DNA from: Syncephalis fuscata S228 | Lineage: Eukaryota; Fungi; Zoopagomycota | Length of the DNA: 64,000 nucleotides | NCBI GenBank assembly: GCA_025786725.1 | Contig: JAHLTZ010000018.1 | Coordinates: 372,001-436,000, forward strand | Direction of reading: 5' to 3' | Shown here: piece by piece, positions 13,059 through 26,560 of the stretch | Layout: each line of letters opens with the position of its first letter | Position numbering within the stretch: position 1 is the first letter of the stretch | Translations under genes and position numbers: made by a program | Notes under the pieces: model-generated | Databases searched by the model: none | Seen by the model: the letters and a program-made list of their open reading frames with translations, nothing else | What the model was told of the DNA's origin: nothing

Positions 13059-16028
13059 TTAGTAGATATGTCTATATAGCCCTATTCTGTTCTATTACCA
13101 GATAATGCAAGTGATAATGTAGCAAATAGTGAAGATTCAGGTGCACTAATACGATATGTTTTACGTTTACTGCTATCTTCAAAATTCTCTGAAAAAACCA
13201 AATTGCCAATAGTCATGGCCAATTTCTTAACTGTATAATCACCAGTCTCTGCGTGCTATTATGGCATTAATATTAATCATGTGTATTTATTAATATTCAC
13301 TACTTACATCACAATAGACAGTTAATCGATTCAATCCTGGTGTTAATACACCTTCTCCCGTCACTAATTGTAATGACTTTTCTTCTTCACCAGTTAAATC
13401 AAGTACTACTTTATCATAAGAAAAGTCCTAATATAATATATATATATAATATAATAAATAAAAGTACATTAATCTATATGATTATTCGACTTACTAAAGT
13501 TAAAGAACTATCAAGCGATATCTCAATACCCAGTATTTGTACATCATCTGTCTTATCAAGTAAAGTCAGTTTAAACATAGGTGCTAATGGCTGAGTATCA
13601 TCTGTAAATCATTAGATAGTAGTATATACTATTAGAAACACTGTTTATTTATTAGTGAATACATATATATATACTTACCATTTAATTTCCTAGCATATTG
13701 AATAAAATCATCTGTAAATACTTTCAAATCTTCAGCATCTAATGTATCCTGTTTTTGTAGCAATTTCAAACAAAGCTGCGCATATGTAAATAATTGAATC
13801 ATATTAGTAGTTAAATGGTACAACTATATAGTAAATAGCGATATAATAAATGATAACAAGGATATTCTTCTTTTTGGTTTAATTTCTTACGACAAATAGC
13901 CAATTGACTTTGTAGAAAGCCTTCAATTAGCGGCCATCCTCGGTTATTATAGTTTTCACACAAATCATGGAATACTGTAATGGCTTAAAGGCCCGTCCTC
14001 GATATCTAATGGTAATAATAAGACATTGGTATTGACTGGTGGGCATAATACGTACAAATTAAGCGATGCAATATCTGATTGAAGAGACCAAGCCATTTGT
14101 AATTGCTTCAATTGTTCGTAGCCATCGGCAATATTCTCGGTTAATGCCTATAATACAGTTGTTATACAATTATTATACAGCTATAGATTAATACAATATT
14201 AAAACATACTAAATAGCGGTGATCAAAATCTTCTGCTGATCGGAATATTTCAGCCAATTCAGCATTCGTAATTGTATCCAACATATGAGCAATCGTCTTT
14301 GGTTCTCCCGATGTTAATTGATCCATTTCAATGAGAAGGGCGGTTTGTTTGGTAGTAATCCATAACGGATACCCAATCGATCCAACTACATCGTATTATA
14401 TATTATTAATACAACATTTGTATTTAATTAACTAACTAACCTGTTTTCGTGCTAAATAGTATAAAGAAATAATTGATTTGCGTGCACTAACATCCACGCC
14501 TTGTTCTCCAACCAATTCATAATATTTAAAAACTGCCCTTGTACACGATGAAAATACCCAATATTCTTCAAAATTATCCGGTAAACTCTCCTATTGAATA
14601 CTAGTATTAATATAATGAATACTAAACAATGGCATAACTTACTCGAAATTGCCGAATAATACGCAACATCGAATTAATAAATTCCCCGGCTCTATTACAT
14701 ATTTCTTGTGCTCGATTCAATTGTCGAAGCAATTCGCTTTGTCGAGCAAACATGTAAATTTGCAGATCAAATAATGATATAGCATTATCTTGGATTAATG
14801 TACGATATGGTTTACGAGTACTATCAAATATGTCGGCGCTATCATCGCCTGGATCACGTCCACCAAAACTACTGAACCATGCTAGAGCATTTTCTATACA
14901 AATAATAGTGATATATATATATATATTACTAATAGTCAACTTATCAAATCTACTAAATATTTACCTCGTTCTATAAGAAAATAAGATGCTTCTAGTTCAT
15001 CATATTGCATTAGTGCTTCATCGTATAAACCCAACATTTCATAGGTTTGGGCCATATTTTCCTATCATTGTATATATATATATAGTAATTAGAATATAGC
15101 CATATGATATGATTGAGACCTACTTTCATTAGAAAGAATGTACAGTAATTCCATCCTGGCATTTGACGTTGAGCATCTAATCGCCGTACATCATCTTCAT
15201 TATAGATGACATGTTGTCGGAAACTGCCCATAATGCCTTCTTTCATTTTATTGGCCAGTTCTTGCCATGTGGCATCTGAATGAGTCTCAGTAATGCGAAT
15301 CTGAATACATCTATATGAATGTAGTTAGTATATATATATATAGATATATAGATACGTATTATAGTATTTAATATGATTTACCTATCCCGTCTTGTATTGA
15401 AATCGGTACGTATTTTGTCATAGACCGTTGTTTTCATCATTAAATACTTTGATGTATTGGTACGTGCTTCTTGTTCTGTTACATGAACAATAAGCCATTC
15501 TTGTGGTTTACGCGTAGCAATAATATCGAGCCAGTCTTTAATCCGTTGTCGTAGTGTTTGGCGATATACTTCCAAATCCTATTCATATGCGCATCATTAA
15601 ACAAAGATTATCTGTGCTATAGTAGCCATCGTATGTATAATGTACGTTTAAACGTACCTCGCCTTGAACAAATAGAATATTAAGGAATGGCCGTGAGGAA
15701 AGAGATACAGGTATGGCCACTGGTGGCGTCACTTGTTCAAACGGTTCTAACTGAACACCTAACGAGTCGATAACTCGCTGTTGCTCTCTTAGCGATAGCC
15801 ATGAGAGATTACGCAGCGGAAAGAGCTTCTTGAACTCATTCTCTACGCGGCTCCAGACCTTAGTCGGGTCGGCGTCTAAGATGTTGGAGGTAGACCGCCA
15901 TCCATAGTATACAAGTATACGTAGTAGTAGTAACAGTAATAGCATTAGGAATAAGCATATTGAACTCGTTGTATATACATATATAAGTATCGACACTTAC
16001 ATGTCACTGTTACCTGCCGGTCAGTCAT
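11097..16028 (-). CDS. TRS130: TRAPPII subunit Trs130/TRAPPC10 (many exons; probable 1-nt frameshift near 11235)
   Basis: VTVTYADP..PLRNLSW, EWLIVHV, VYDKIRTDF, RQMPGWNYCTFFLMKE, YDEALMQYDELEA, SLFDLQIYMFARQ, WIIAGQKK near the C-terminus. Confidence 0.9.
13020..13056. repeat. (AAT)n microsatellite in a TRS130 intron
   Basis: About 12 perfect AAT units. Confidence 0.9.
13786..13865 (-). other. U12-type AT-AC intron in TRS130
   Basis: Minus strand GAAGA|ATATCCTTG...CCATTTAAC...TTTAC|ATATGCG; removal gives in-frame ..KKLNQKEEYAQLCLKLL. Confidence 0.85.
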
Positions 16029-16279
16029 ACCGGATGAAGTCGTGGTGTTTAACAGTAGTGTGTGTGGGTGTGTTTAGTCAATAGTTTAATGGCTAAAATG
16101 ACAATAATACAAAACATAGACAAACGAATAAAAGTGTTTTGTCACTGTAAACACCATTCTTTTATTGGTGTTTAAATCTACTCTGTATCAATTAATACTA
16201 TTTCTATTAACACTATTACACGATTCTACCTAAACATTAAACACTATTACAGTTGTTGCGGTTATTACTATTTCAACGC

Positions 16280-18218
16280 ATGACACAACCGTCTATACAC
16301 ACGGCAGTACCATTGTCACGTCATGCATGGACGAGACATTCGCCGATTACACTATGGACCGCTGTATCTGTAGTGGCAGTGGTGGCCGGTATGACCGTGG
16401 TTCTATTCAATAGTGGTAGCAGCAGCAATAGTAGCAGTAAACGTCAAAAACGTGTAAAAGCAGCGTCTAATAAGAAGCATAAAATAAAAGAGGCACCAAC
16501 GGATACTGGCAAATTGACGCGTCTTCTTCAACTACGTATTCAAGCACTAACTATTCCTGGTATCATCAATGTTGGTAATACATGTTTTCTGGCCGCAGTT
16601 ATACAGGCAGGTAGAGTGGATAGCGAATGGATATGTAAAGTTGATTAGATCTAATGAATAATATAATTGTAAATTATAAGGCATTGGCAGCCCAATCCAC
16701 TTTATTAGGATTACTTGATCAACAGTGTAAAACATCTATAACATTATTGTCAAATGGACAGCAGATAAATAGTTTTGGGTTTACAAAAACGCTATATACA
16801 TTTTTACAAGGTAATTAGTATATATATATATATATCATATACATGATATAAAATGTTAATTGAAATAGATTTAAATCAATTGTCCAAGAATAATCAAGCC
16901 TATTCTCCTACACCGCTTATTAAACTACTTGAAAGACATGCAAGCTGGCTATCAGGGCGTGAAGAACAGGTAATTGACATTAATATGATCATTGTATGAC
17001 TAAATAAATAAAATAAATAGGATGCATATGAATTATTTCAATTAATATCACAATTATTACAACAAGAATTAAATATGATACAACGTGAATTACAAGCTTA
17101 CTCTTTAACAAATATTATTCCGGTAACTTGATATATATATATATATATACTAATCAACTATTATATTATTGATTTATAACTAATAATAATGTTATAGACA
17201 ATAGAAGCAAGTGATGAAACACAATTTAAACATAAAAGTCCGTTCTGCGGTCTATTATCTAGTCAATTACAATGTGTAGATTGTGGTCAAACAGTAAGTA
17301 ATTATGTATAACATAATTTGTATGTAATAAGTCAATCTATCTAGAGCGTATTACGTCTTTATGAATTTGATAGTATTACTTTAGCATTACCCAACCAAGT
17401 AAGTAATTAAGTAGTTGTTATTATTAAATAATTTGTTTACTAGACAAATGGTAATTATATAGTGGACATGTAAATTAGAGGATTGTTTACGTACATTTGC
17501 TCGACCTGAACAAATATATGACTATGAATGTAAACGATGTTCATTACGGGCTACCCTTGAACATCTATCAACGGTCAAATCAACAAGAAAAACAAGATTG
17601 GCCATGCAAATGATTGAACAGCGCTTATCGGATACACTTGAGCCTTCACTCGTAAGCAGTGCCTTTATTATTAGCTTCAATATCTAGATTAATGATTATT
17701 AATAGGATGATTTATTAGTGCCAGTTAAGCGATGCTATAGTAGCTGTATGATGAAACAGACTGCAGTGGCCCGAGGACCTCGACTGCTATGCCTACATCT
17801 ACCACGCTCGACGCTTCTATATGGTGAAGCGGGTAAAAACAGCTGTGCCGTTTTATTTAAAGAAATACTCGATTTATCGGTGGCCTATGCCAGCAATGGC
17901 TGGTTACCATCGAGCTTATCAAAAGCATCAAGTCAATGTCCTAAAACCGATCCAACCGCATCAACATCTGGTCTATTCTATCAGTTGACGGCGGTTATTG
18001 AACATCTCGGCAGTCATACTTCAGGTCATTTTGTTACATATCGACGGGTACGAGCTACAGATTTACTGGCTAGTGTCAATGCACCCACATCTCTACCCAC
18101 CACCACTACAACAGCTGATCGATGGTTCCGTGTATCTGATCGACAAGTACAGGCCACCACCATTGATAGAGTACTTTCTGCACAAGCTTATTTACTTTTC
18201 TATGAGCAGTGCCATTAA
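16280..18218 (+). CDS. Ubiquitin-specific protease, USP30/Ubp16-like with an N-terminal membrane anchor
   Basis: Hydrophobic segment LWTAVSVVAVVAGMTVVLF; Cys box GIINVGNTCFLAAVIQALAA (needs a GC-AG intron at 16607-16680); EEQDAYELF; His box HLGSHTSGHFVTYR; WFRVSD, AYLLFYE. Confidence 0.88.
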
Positions 18219-18393
18219 TAAATACACAAATACACAAATACATAAATAAAATAATTATAAAGATGCGTCACAGCCATATCTCATACGTCAGCATTTTTAC
18301 ATCTGTTCACACTTTCTTTCGTCACTCACTCACTTACCACACAGCTCTTTCTTTCCTACCCACTTGTAATCAAAATAAAGCAACAGTGGCAAT

Positions 18394-19383
18394 ATGTCCG
18401 ATCGGTACAACTTTTCGTTAACTACCTTTTCACCAGCTGGTAAACTAGGACAGATCGAACATGCACTTCAAGCAGTGTCTCAGGGTGTCACCAGCGTTGG
18501 TATTCGTGGTAAGTTACAAGTAAAAGAGAGAGAGATAGAAAGACCACGTCATCATATTATGCATGCATACATACATATATACATCTACACTCCGTCCATT
18601 TACTGAGCTGACATTTGTAATTACTAGCAAATAATGGCGTGGTGATTGCAACAGAGAAGAAATCGGCTACACCGTTAGTGGATGACGCATCGTTGGAAAA
18701 GGTTTCGTTAGTATGCGATAACGTTGGTCTGGTCTATTCGGGCATGGGCCCTGATGCTCGTGTTTTGGTTAACAAAGCACGCAAAGAGGCTCAAAAGTAC
18801 AAACGACTCTACGGTGAAAATCCACCGGCTATGGTGCTAGTCCGTGAGATCGCAAACATTATGCAAGAGTATACGCAAAGCGGGTAAGTAAAACGAAATA
18901 TAGAAACGATAGAGCATATAAGTAATAGATCTATTGTAAATGCATCATAATTAGTGGTGTGCGTCCATTTGGCGTTTCATTATTGGTGGCAGGATTCGAT
19001 GAACGAGGTCCTTCTCTGTATCAGGTTGATCCATCTGGTACATATTTTGCTTGGAAGGCAAGTGCCATTGGTAAAAACATGGTAAATGCCAAGACTTTTT
19101 TGGAGAAACGGTAAGGGCTATATAATTGATGAAAGATAAACTAGATGCGATACTAATGGGTTAATAAATGAATAGATATAATGAAGAGCTTGAACTTGAA
19201 GATGCTGTGCATACAGCCATTTTAACATTGAAGGAAGGATTTGAAGGAGAAATGAACGAGCGCAACATTGAAATTGGCGTCATTGGAGGAGACGTGGCTG
19301 CTCAACAAGAAGCTGGCGAAGATATTCCATTCCGCCGATTGAGCCCCGTTGAAGTGAAAGATTATTTGGCCAACATTGCGTAA
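18394..19383 (+). CDS. PRE8: 20S proteasome subunit alpha-2
   Basis: [65 protein letters not shown]. Confidence 0.97.
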
Positions 19384-19437
19384 TTGTTGCATTTATTATC
19401 ACTATGGTAGTGCATTTAATTACTATTAAGAATCTAT

Positions 19438-20631
19438 TCAATGAAACAATTCTTGGGTGTAATTTCGATGATTGGCAATTTGCCATGTGGCGGGTATTTT
19501 CCATGAGATAGATTGATCTAGTGAATAGTGAAATATTGGTTAATAATGATATATTGTAATTAGTAGTAATTAGAGTGTTGGTAACTTGCCTTCATTGTTA
19601 GTAGACACACCAGATAATGATAACAACTGAGCCACTTTATCGGCCATTTTGAGTGCATTCTGTGTATTATCTTCAAATTGGCATATATGAGTTTATATTG
19701 ATACAGTTTATCCAACTGACTAGTAACTAACTACTAACCTCCTTCAGCTGTGTATAAGCAAAGATCCAAGACAGGCAATGGCTGATCACGGGCCGTAACT
19801 AGTAAACGACGAGAAACACCGGCACCATGCATCATAGGTATTTCATGTAGTGCCGTAATTTGATCAGCCAAGGCTGCATCATCTTCATGAATAATAGATT
19901 CCAGTGGTGTAATGGAAGCAGTAGTTGCTTGATGTAAAAGTGGCTTTAAAGATTCATGGTCACCATGAACAGTGACATAGCGAAAGTCTTTTCTATTAAT
20001 TTATATTTATATTATTGTAAATACTGATACAAACTACACTTACCCTGGTTCTCTTATATCTGCACGATAAGTAATATCCAAACTGGATAATAGTAGAATG
20101 CCTTGAATTGGCCATCTTGAGCAAATTTTAGTAAGTTGTCAACTAGACCTTGACGTTTGCCCTATCATACACACTATTACTACAGCTATCATTAATGTTT
20201 ATAACTACTTAATTACCGGTAGTTCTGGTGAACGTTGTTGTATTACAGTGAAATGTTCATTGTCAGATTGCAACACTGTTATATGTTTAATAAACTATAT
20301 TGGTTGTCTATCGCTACTAAATAGCAAACTTACCTTCTAATGCTGTTGTAATGCCTGTTTGGCCTAAAGCACACGGGTCGACACAGGCTATAGGCAGAAC
20401 GTTGGGATCATTCAAATGGCCAACTCGCTTTAGTTGGAGTGTTGTAATGAGCAAATCAGCAGTAAGTTGAGGTATACCGCCAATAGATACAGCTGGCTAT
20501 ACCAATACAATACAATTAATACACTCTATAATAAAAACTATACTTGGTTGTTATCAAGTGCCTACCACAATCAGCCAACGATTAGTAAAGCTGGGTTCAC
20601 AGCCCGTCGTTGGAACGAATGAATTGCTCAT
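19438..20631 (-). CDS. PSMG2: Proteasome assembly chaperone 2 (PAC2/PSMG2)
   Basis: PAVSIGGIPQLTADLLI, TVIQQRSP, HGAGVSRRL, AEGDNTQNA, WKIPATW; assembled by eye from short exons missed by the ORF track. Confidence 0.82.
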
Positions 20632-20704
20632 GATAAAATGAAGAATAAAGTTGATGACGTATATAAATAGCTCGTAATAACCACTAACTAAATCTATTAA
20701 AATA

Positions 20705-21195
20705 TGAAGCTACTGTACTTGACTCCCACATTTTTATTTATCTATTTCATTACTATAACATGTATAATATTACATTCAATATTAATTAATTCATGTATAA
20801 TTATCAATACAATAATGCAATCAATTAGTTATATTTATTATTGCTTTAATATATATATTGTTATTTATGATATTAATTGTTTGAATGCCATTTATTTAGT
20901 CAGATTGGTTATATGGAAGGTGGCTGTTTAATAAACGATATTTATACTAATTATATTAATTTTGCTCTTACATTGCAAATATGCCCAAAATACAATAATA
21001 GAAATTAGAAAATAGAAAAGACCATTAGATGCAATAATCATGCTGTACATAGATGCAATAACAACAAATGTGGAATGGCATGGAATCACAATCATATGGC
21101 TTTTATTAATATTGATCAATCTTTCTACACATGACCAACAACAACAATCAGCCTCAAATGTCTCAAAAAAATCAAATAGTATGTTACATCATTTA
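20705..21195 (+). repeat. Dispersed AT-rich repeat, copy 1 (homologous to about 56122-56595)
   Basis: Colinear shared blocks such as ctataacatgtataatattaca, atgccatttatttagtcagattgg, caaatatgcccaaaa, catgctgtacatagat, ttgatcaatctttctacaca. Confidence 0.85.
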
Positions 21196-21325
21196 AATCA
21201 ATTTATTAACAATATTTTAATAGAAAGTAATATAACTATGTTGTGCATAATAACGGTATGGCTTTGATTGGAACAAACTGTGCTTTGGGGGCAGATGTGG
21301 GAGTCAAAATAAAATAAAACCAGAT

Positions 21326-21812
21326 TTATTCTGTATTATTTGTATTATCATTGTTTGGCGATGCAACACTTGTGGCTAACCATTGAAGATAGCTGGGATT
21401 ACCTCCTTGGATCTATAATAATCTTAGTATAATATAACTTAAGTTGGCACATAAACTTTACCGGAAGAGCAATAACTTCTGGTACATCGTATGGATGGTG
21501 TAGATTGACGTAGTCTGTTAACGCGGCTAAACAATCAGTTGTAGTTTTTATAATTAAAATCAATTCTGTATCTTCTTCTATTGCATTCTTCCACCCTATA
21601 TTTATTGGCAATTAGCTGTGTAATATACTTTAGAACTATTGAGTCATACAGTAAATAGAAGTAATGCCAGGTATTATGGATACACATGCAGCATAGCGTA
21701 TTTGTAACAATCCATGGGCCAATTCTTTGGCAGTCTTTTCGTTTGGACAAGTAACATAAACAACTGATGCGTCTGGTGTAGTTTTTATTGCTGCGTCTTT
21801 GCCATCGAACAT
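21326..21812 (-). CDS. CUTA: CutA1 divalent-ion tolerance family protein (3 exons)
   Basis: [69 protein letters not shown]. Confidence 0.92.
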
Positions 21813-22157
21813 AATGCTAATGTTAGTAATAAATGTATTTTCAATTGGACTACAAACGACTAAAAGTGTAGAGAAGAAAAAAACTAAAAAACTAAAACAA
21901 ATGTGATAGAATATTAAAACGTAAGAATCGATTAAATACAAAACCAATATAAATGAAATACACAATATTGCTACTTATTACACTGTCCTAATATCGATCA
22001 TTAAATAGTAATAGTTATGCAATCACAAAAACTGAATAACAAGATAAAGCTTAGAATTATTCGTTTATTGTTTTGAATTTTATTTATGAAAGTTACTCTA
22101 TTGTAATAAACCAAATTAAATGTAATTCAAATAGAAAATATTTCTTAATATGCATTA

Positions 22158-23095
22158 TTATGGGCAATGTTCTGGTAGCTTAAAATCTACTCTGACTTCT
22201 GCATAAGCGTTCTCAACATCGCGTAATGCCTCTTGAGCATTAGTCATGCCCATTGCCTTCATGTAGTATTGGGCAATTGCTTGATAAAAAGCTGTATTGA
22301 TATTGTTTACTTTTAGCTGCATTTGATCTGCTGGAATTCCTGCCAGATCCCAGGAATAAGTACGATCAAAGTTGGTAAACTTTACGATTCCATTCTTACT
22401 GACGCCACCGCCTAGTAAACAAGCTAATAATTAAATAAAAGACTAGTCAGTCGCTTACCATAAGTTATATTTTCGTTGTATATCCAGCCTTTTGACTTCA
22501 TGTACTTTACAGCTAATTTATAATATGTTAAAATCAGTGTCTTTTTGGGCTATCATTGCCTACCTGTTACGATTTGCTTAATTATATCTAACACCTGATC
22601 ATGATTATAATTAGGACGATTGCCTAAGAAAAAGTACTCTAATGGAGTGGTGTCCTCGTATTGCATAATGTAGCAGGTTTGTCCGTTACCTTGAGTCTTT
22701 CTAATAGGAATGCTAAAATACATTTTACCAATAGCAATATTGGCATCCTGAGGAGCACGGCCTGTGTAGAGACTCTGTATTTAAGCGGTATAAATATAAG
22801 AATAGCTAATGTCATTCAAGCATACCTCTATCACATCAAAGCTTTTTGGAAGCTTGTTGGACAATGCACATAAAGAATAGGTGTTGTCGTTCTTGTTATA
22901 ACGAGGAAGCACCGGTGTTTCTGTAAATTCTATTTGATTTGAATTATCAATTAGCGCAAGTATAAAATATGTAATGACATCAGCTATCATACTTGATTTG
23001 TAATGGTCCAAGGGTATATTTGAGCCTATAGCGTTGATGCCAAAAGCACCATGCTGGCAAAAGTCATGAAAATGATTTACGATCAAAAGTCATTA
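22158..23095 (-). pseudogene. Degenerate kinase-fold gene (pseudokinase-like) with an in-frame stop
   Basis: Reading through the TAA at 22781-22783 gives ..QTCYIMQY..PLEYF..LDIIKQIVT/AVKYMKSKGWIY../VKFTNFD, i.e. hinge, alphaE and DFG-position remnants; no HxD motif; 5' end disrupted. Confidence 0.55.
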
Positions 23096-23575
23096 TGCTG
23101 GTGTATTTATAGTTTTGAGAAGATGAAGAAGCCAAGTTATTCTAAAAGAAAGGCGCTGGAGGTTGGAGAAGCAATGCAGGACTATTGAGTTGCCTAGAGT
23201 CCCTGGCATGTTTTATAGCAAAGATATGCCATGTGGCCACCAGCCATTTCTAGCTTGCACCTCTGGCATGTCCCATGTTTACCCAAATTGGTGCCTGATA
23301 CCTATTAATACTCCGGCAACCAAAATAGTTGCGCTAGTTCAAATCAATATTTCCAATATAGCATGGTCTCATTAGGTCGTAGTGGGCAAGTTTGGCTAAA
23401 GCATTCAGAATTATCATAATTGTACTAAAAAGTATCACGTTGATTTGAAACTGATACATGGCAGTTCTATTTATATGCAATAATTATTGCCAATGTAACA
23501 ACCCATCAGCTTAATCCATTTATTATCAGTTTATTAATTAAACCCCTTATGTGCAGCACTTGTTTTCGTAAATAT

Positions 23576-24938
23576 CTAAGATTTAAATGCTGTTTCAGCT
23601 AAATAAGTATCTGTTTTTGACGAAGCCTGATTAGCTGAACGCGTCAACATATCTAGCATGGCGAGAGGAGTTGGGCGATAGACTGGATCGGAGATAAGTA
23701 GTCTGATGGCTTGTGGCCCAAATGAGCGAAAACTCAGTTGTGAATCCACGTCCAATTTAATCGGCTCTTCTTGGCCACGACCAAAATAGTAGGCATCTAT
23801 CAAAACCTTGCTATAGTCGTTTCTGGACAGCGCAACCACCTTTTGTTTTTCTAAAGTAAATCCATAAAAAGGGATCCCTGTGAAGCCGGTATAGAGGGTC
23901 ATTCCGATAGCCCAAGCATCGCGTTTCAGAAGATTAACCGCTGGATAGACAATGGATTCCGGCGAGTCATATCCAAAAGTAGAACCGCGCGGTACTTGAT
24001 GCTGTACATCTTCAGCACCTTTAGATTTAGAAAGAAAAGAAACGGCGGAATAGTTGACTAGCATCAACTCTGGTTTTTCGTAATCATCTAAAAACATACA
24101 AATATCTGGTAATAGTTTAAATATAATAAGTAAAACAATAAATGTAGCTACTACAATAACTTACTATCCGGATTAATATTACTATGTGCTATACCAACAT
24201 AATGTAAAAACGAAGCCGCTAGTAATTTGGCATTAGTAAATAGATGGTGCACATTTTTTGATGTTTACCTTGGATCAACTGTTTGAAAAGCAGAGGCATA
24301 AAACAAAGCTTTTTTTCATAAGTAAGCTTTGCAGTATATTGGCCAAATGTAACTTTACTCGATTGAGTGTAATTAAACAACGCAACTTGTTTTGCGGAAA
24401 TATGTGCAAAAAACGAGCAACTCGATTAATGCCAGCCATCAAAAATGTATCTGAGCTTTGTGGACCTTGTTCAATTTTCTACATAATATTATATTAATCA
24501 ACCTTAACGATAGTTGTAATAGCCTACTTTTAATATGCTTAATTCTTTATTAATTGCTTCAATATTTTTGGTGCATTTTAATAATCCTCGAGTATTACGG
24601 AAAAAAACCATGGCAGTTGATGTTTGCTCATCGTGGTGTAACCATTCGGTAACCATTAAGCCACGCTGCCCATACGCATCGTAATCTCCGAGTCTTTAAG
24701 AGCCAATCCGTTAGGTGCATAGTCTGGCAATTGTGGACCACGACCTAACAAAATAGACGATTGCTGTGAGGGGTTATTCCATCTGCGGGAAATGGAGGTG
24801 GCTGATTCTCTTGTTTTGTAATCGACCATGGTGCTATTATGGATGGTCTCTGCACAGGTTCATCATCCATTGCCAATACAGGCATTGCTGGCCAGAACAA
24901 ATCAGTGAATAGCCAATAATAACAATAAATTTTTTCAT
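23576..24938 (-). pseudogene. Secreted-type pseudokinase, paralogue of 54886-56112, with about four apparent -1 frameshifts (possibly assembly errors)
   Basis: MKKFIVIIG hydrophobic start; GLMVTEW..RGLLKCT..KELSIL; FLHYVGIAHSNINPD (HxD to HSN); LMLVNYS (DFG lost); GYDSPE, DAWAIGMTLY, DPVYRPT. Confidence 0.75.
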
Positions 24939-25561
24939 ATTGGAGCGACAAACAAGAAACCTAATAATGTGGTATACCATCAGATATCATTCCGTATTTA
25001 TTTTGTTTAAATTACGACTATTTCAGAATAGCACGCGAATTGCATAGATACAAGTATGAATGACTAAAATAGTGCTGATTCTGTTGATATTCGAAACAAG
25101 CACGCTCATTAACATCTGATAACCACGCATTTCATCCATAAAAGGTTACGGTGCACATTATTCAATAAACCAAAAATAAAGTACTTATTGTAATACAGTT
25201 TATTAGTTAGCATATTACACTAGATTTTCATTATTATTATTTAAAAAGTATTATGATAATCATTCCATTGGATATTTCGTAAATAACGTCGTAATATATG
25301 AAATTTATTACTGTGAGAAAACAATTGCATAAGTGTGTAAATGATCGCCAATTACGCATGCATGTAAAGGAGAATGAGCAGTAAATATTACTCCTTGCAT
25401 CGACATTCTATTTTTCTATTAACTGTATTTTATTATATATATCTTTACATTTGTCTAATTTTTTATGTTTTCTATCACCTTATTATCTATTATATATTCT
25501 TTGGCATATATATATTTACATTTGTTTGATTGTCTATTTATTTTATTAGGCAGCCGTTACC

Positions 25562-25813
25562 ATGAAGATTTATATCACCGTTTTCTGTGCTCTTGTCGTG
25601 GTGCTTGTAATCAGTGCAGCTATGGCGGATGCCGATTCTCGTCTACTCCGTCGGGCTGTTGCTAAATCGACGAAAACAAAGACATGTATTCGTATGATTA
25701 ATGCTAATAGCGGTGTTGGCTGTCCTGGTTTTGTCCCTTCGCCTGGATGTGGTAGAATTCCTGGAGATCCCGATGCGCCATATCCTGGATGCTGTTCTAG
25801 GCCTGCTTGTTAG
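25562..25813 (+). CDS. Secreted 6-Cys peptide, SVWC-like family copy 1
   Basis: Signal peptide, LLRR dibasic site, then C-x10-CP-x6-C-x9-YPGCC-x4-C; two paralogues in the window. Confidence 0.85.
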   Translation: MKIYITVFCALVVVLVISAAMADADSRLLRRAVAKSTKTKTCIRMINANSGVGCPGFVPSPGCGRIPGDPDAPYPGCCSRPAC

Positions 25814-26560
25814 ATTGGATTTAATAGCTTGCTATGAAAAAGATTAAAGAAATAAAGCCATAATTTTTTCCAAGTTACATTATTGATACAATATGGGGCG
25901 TGCTGCAACAAAGCCGAACAAAATGAGCGTTGGGTGGTCCAGTTGACAAGATCATGTCTTGTTTCTTTGCTTCTGCCAGCTCGCCAATGCATCGCCTACA
26001 CAACCGCCGACATTGGAGCAGAGGATATAACTTTGGATATAGGCAAGCATGCGCCACAGCGAGCTAGTGGAAAGCTCGGCTGGTGTAGTTCTAGCACACC
26101 GCTCGGTGTACTTCCAGCCATGCTCAAAGACGTTGAACCTGTTTGTTCATTGACTGGACGAGTGGGCAGGTCAAAATGAGATAGCAATCACTGTAGGAAG
26201 GACATGTGGCAATTGAGACTAAAAGGCAGATGACGTCCAGTAAATTACCATCTCTACTTTCAAAATCTAATAGCTTAATAACATAATCGCTACTTATTAG
26301 TAAAAGACGCAATCCTAAATATAGTGATGCGCATTGTGATAAACCAACCAGTAACAGGATTGATAGAGATCTGCCACAAACCTTTTTTTCCTTTGCCAAG
26401 TCGCGTTTCGTCACGCGCGGCTCTTTCTCTTTTTGTTTCTCGTCTCATCCACTTTACACGCTGTCAGCTTCTGTCACCTCACCTCATCCTCGCTCCGTTA
26501 GCCTCTTCAATTCCGCTAGTATGTTTGGTACCGTTGGCATCTTTCTATCAATTCTGTACA

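Noticed and set aside
20704-21267. Hydrophobic Ile/Tyr-rich ORFs that look like membrane proteins
   Set aside because: They lie in an AT-rich dispersed repeat, and the frames are not preserved in the second copy.
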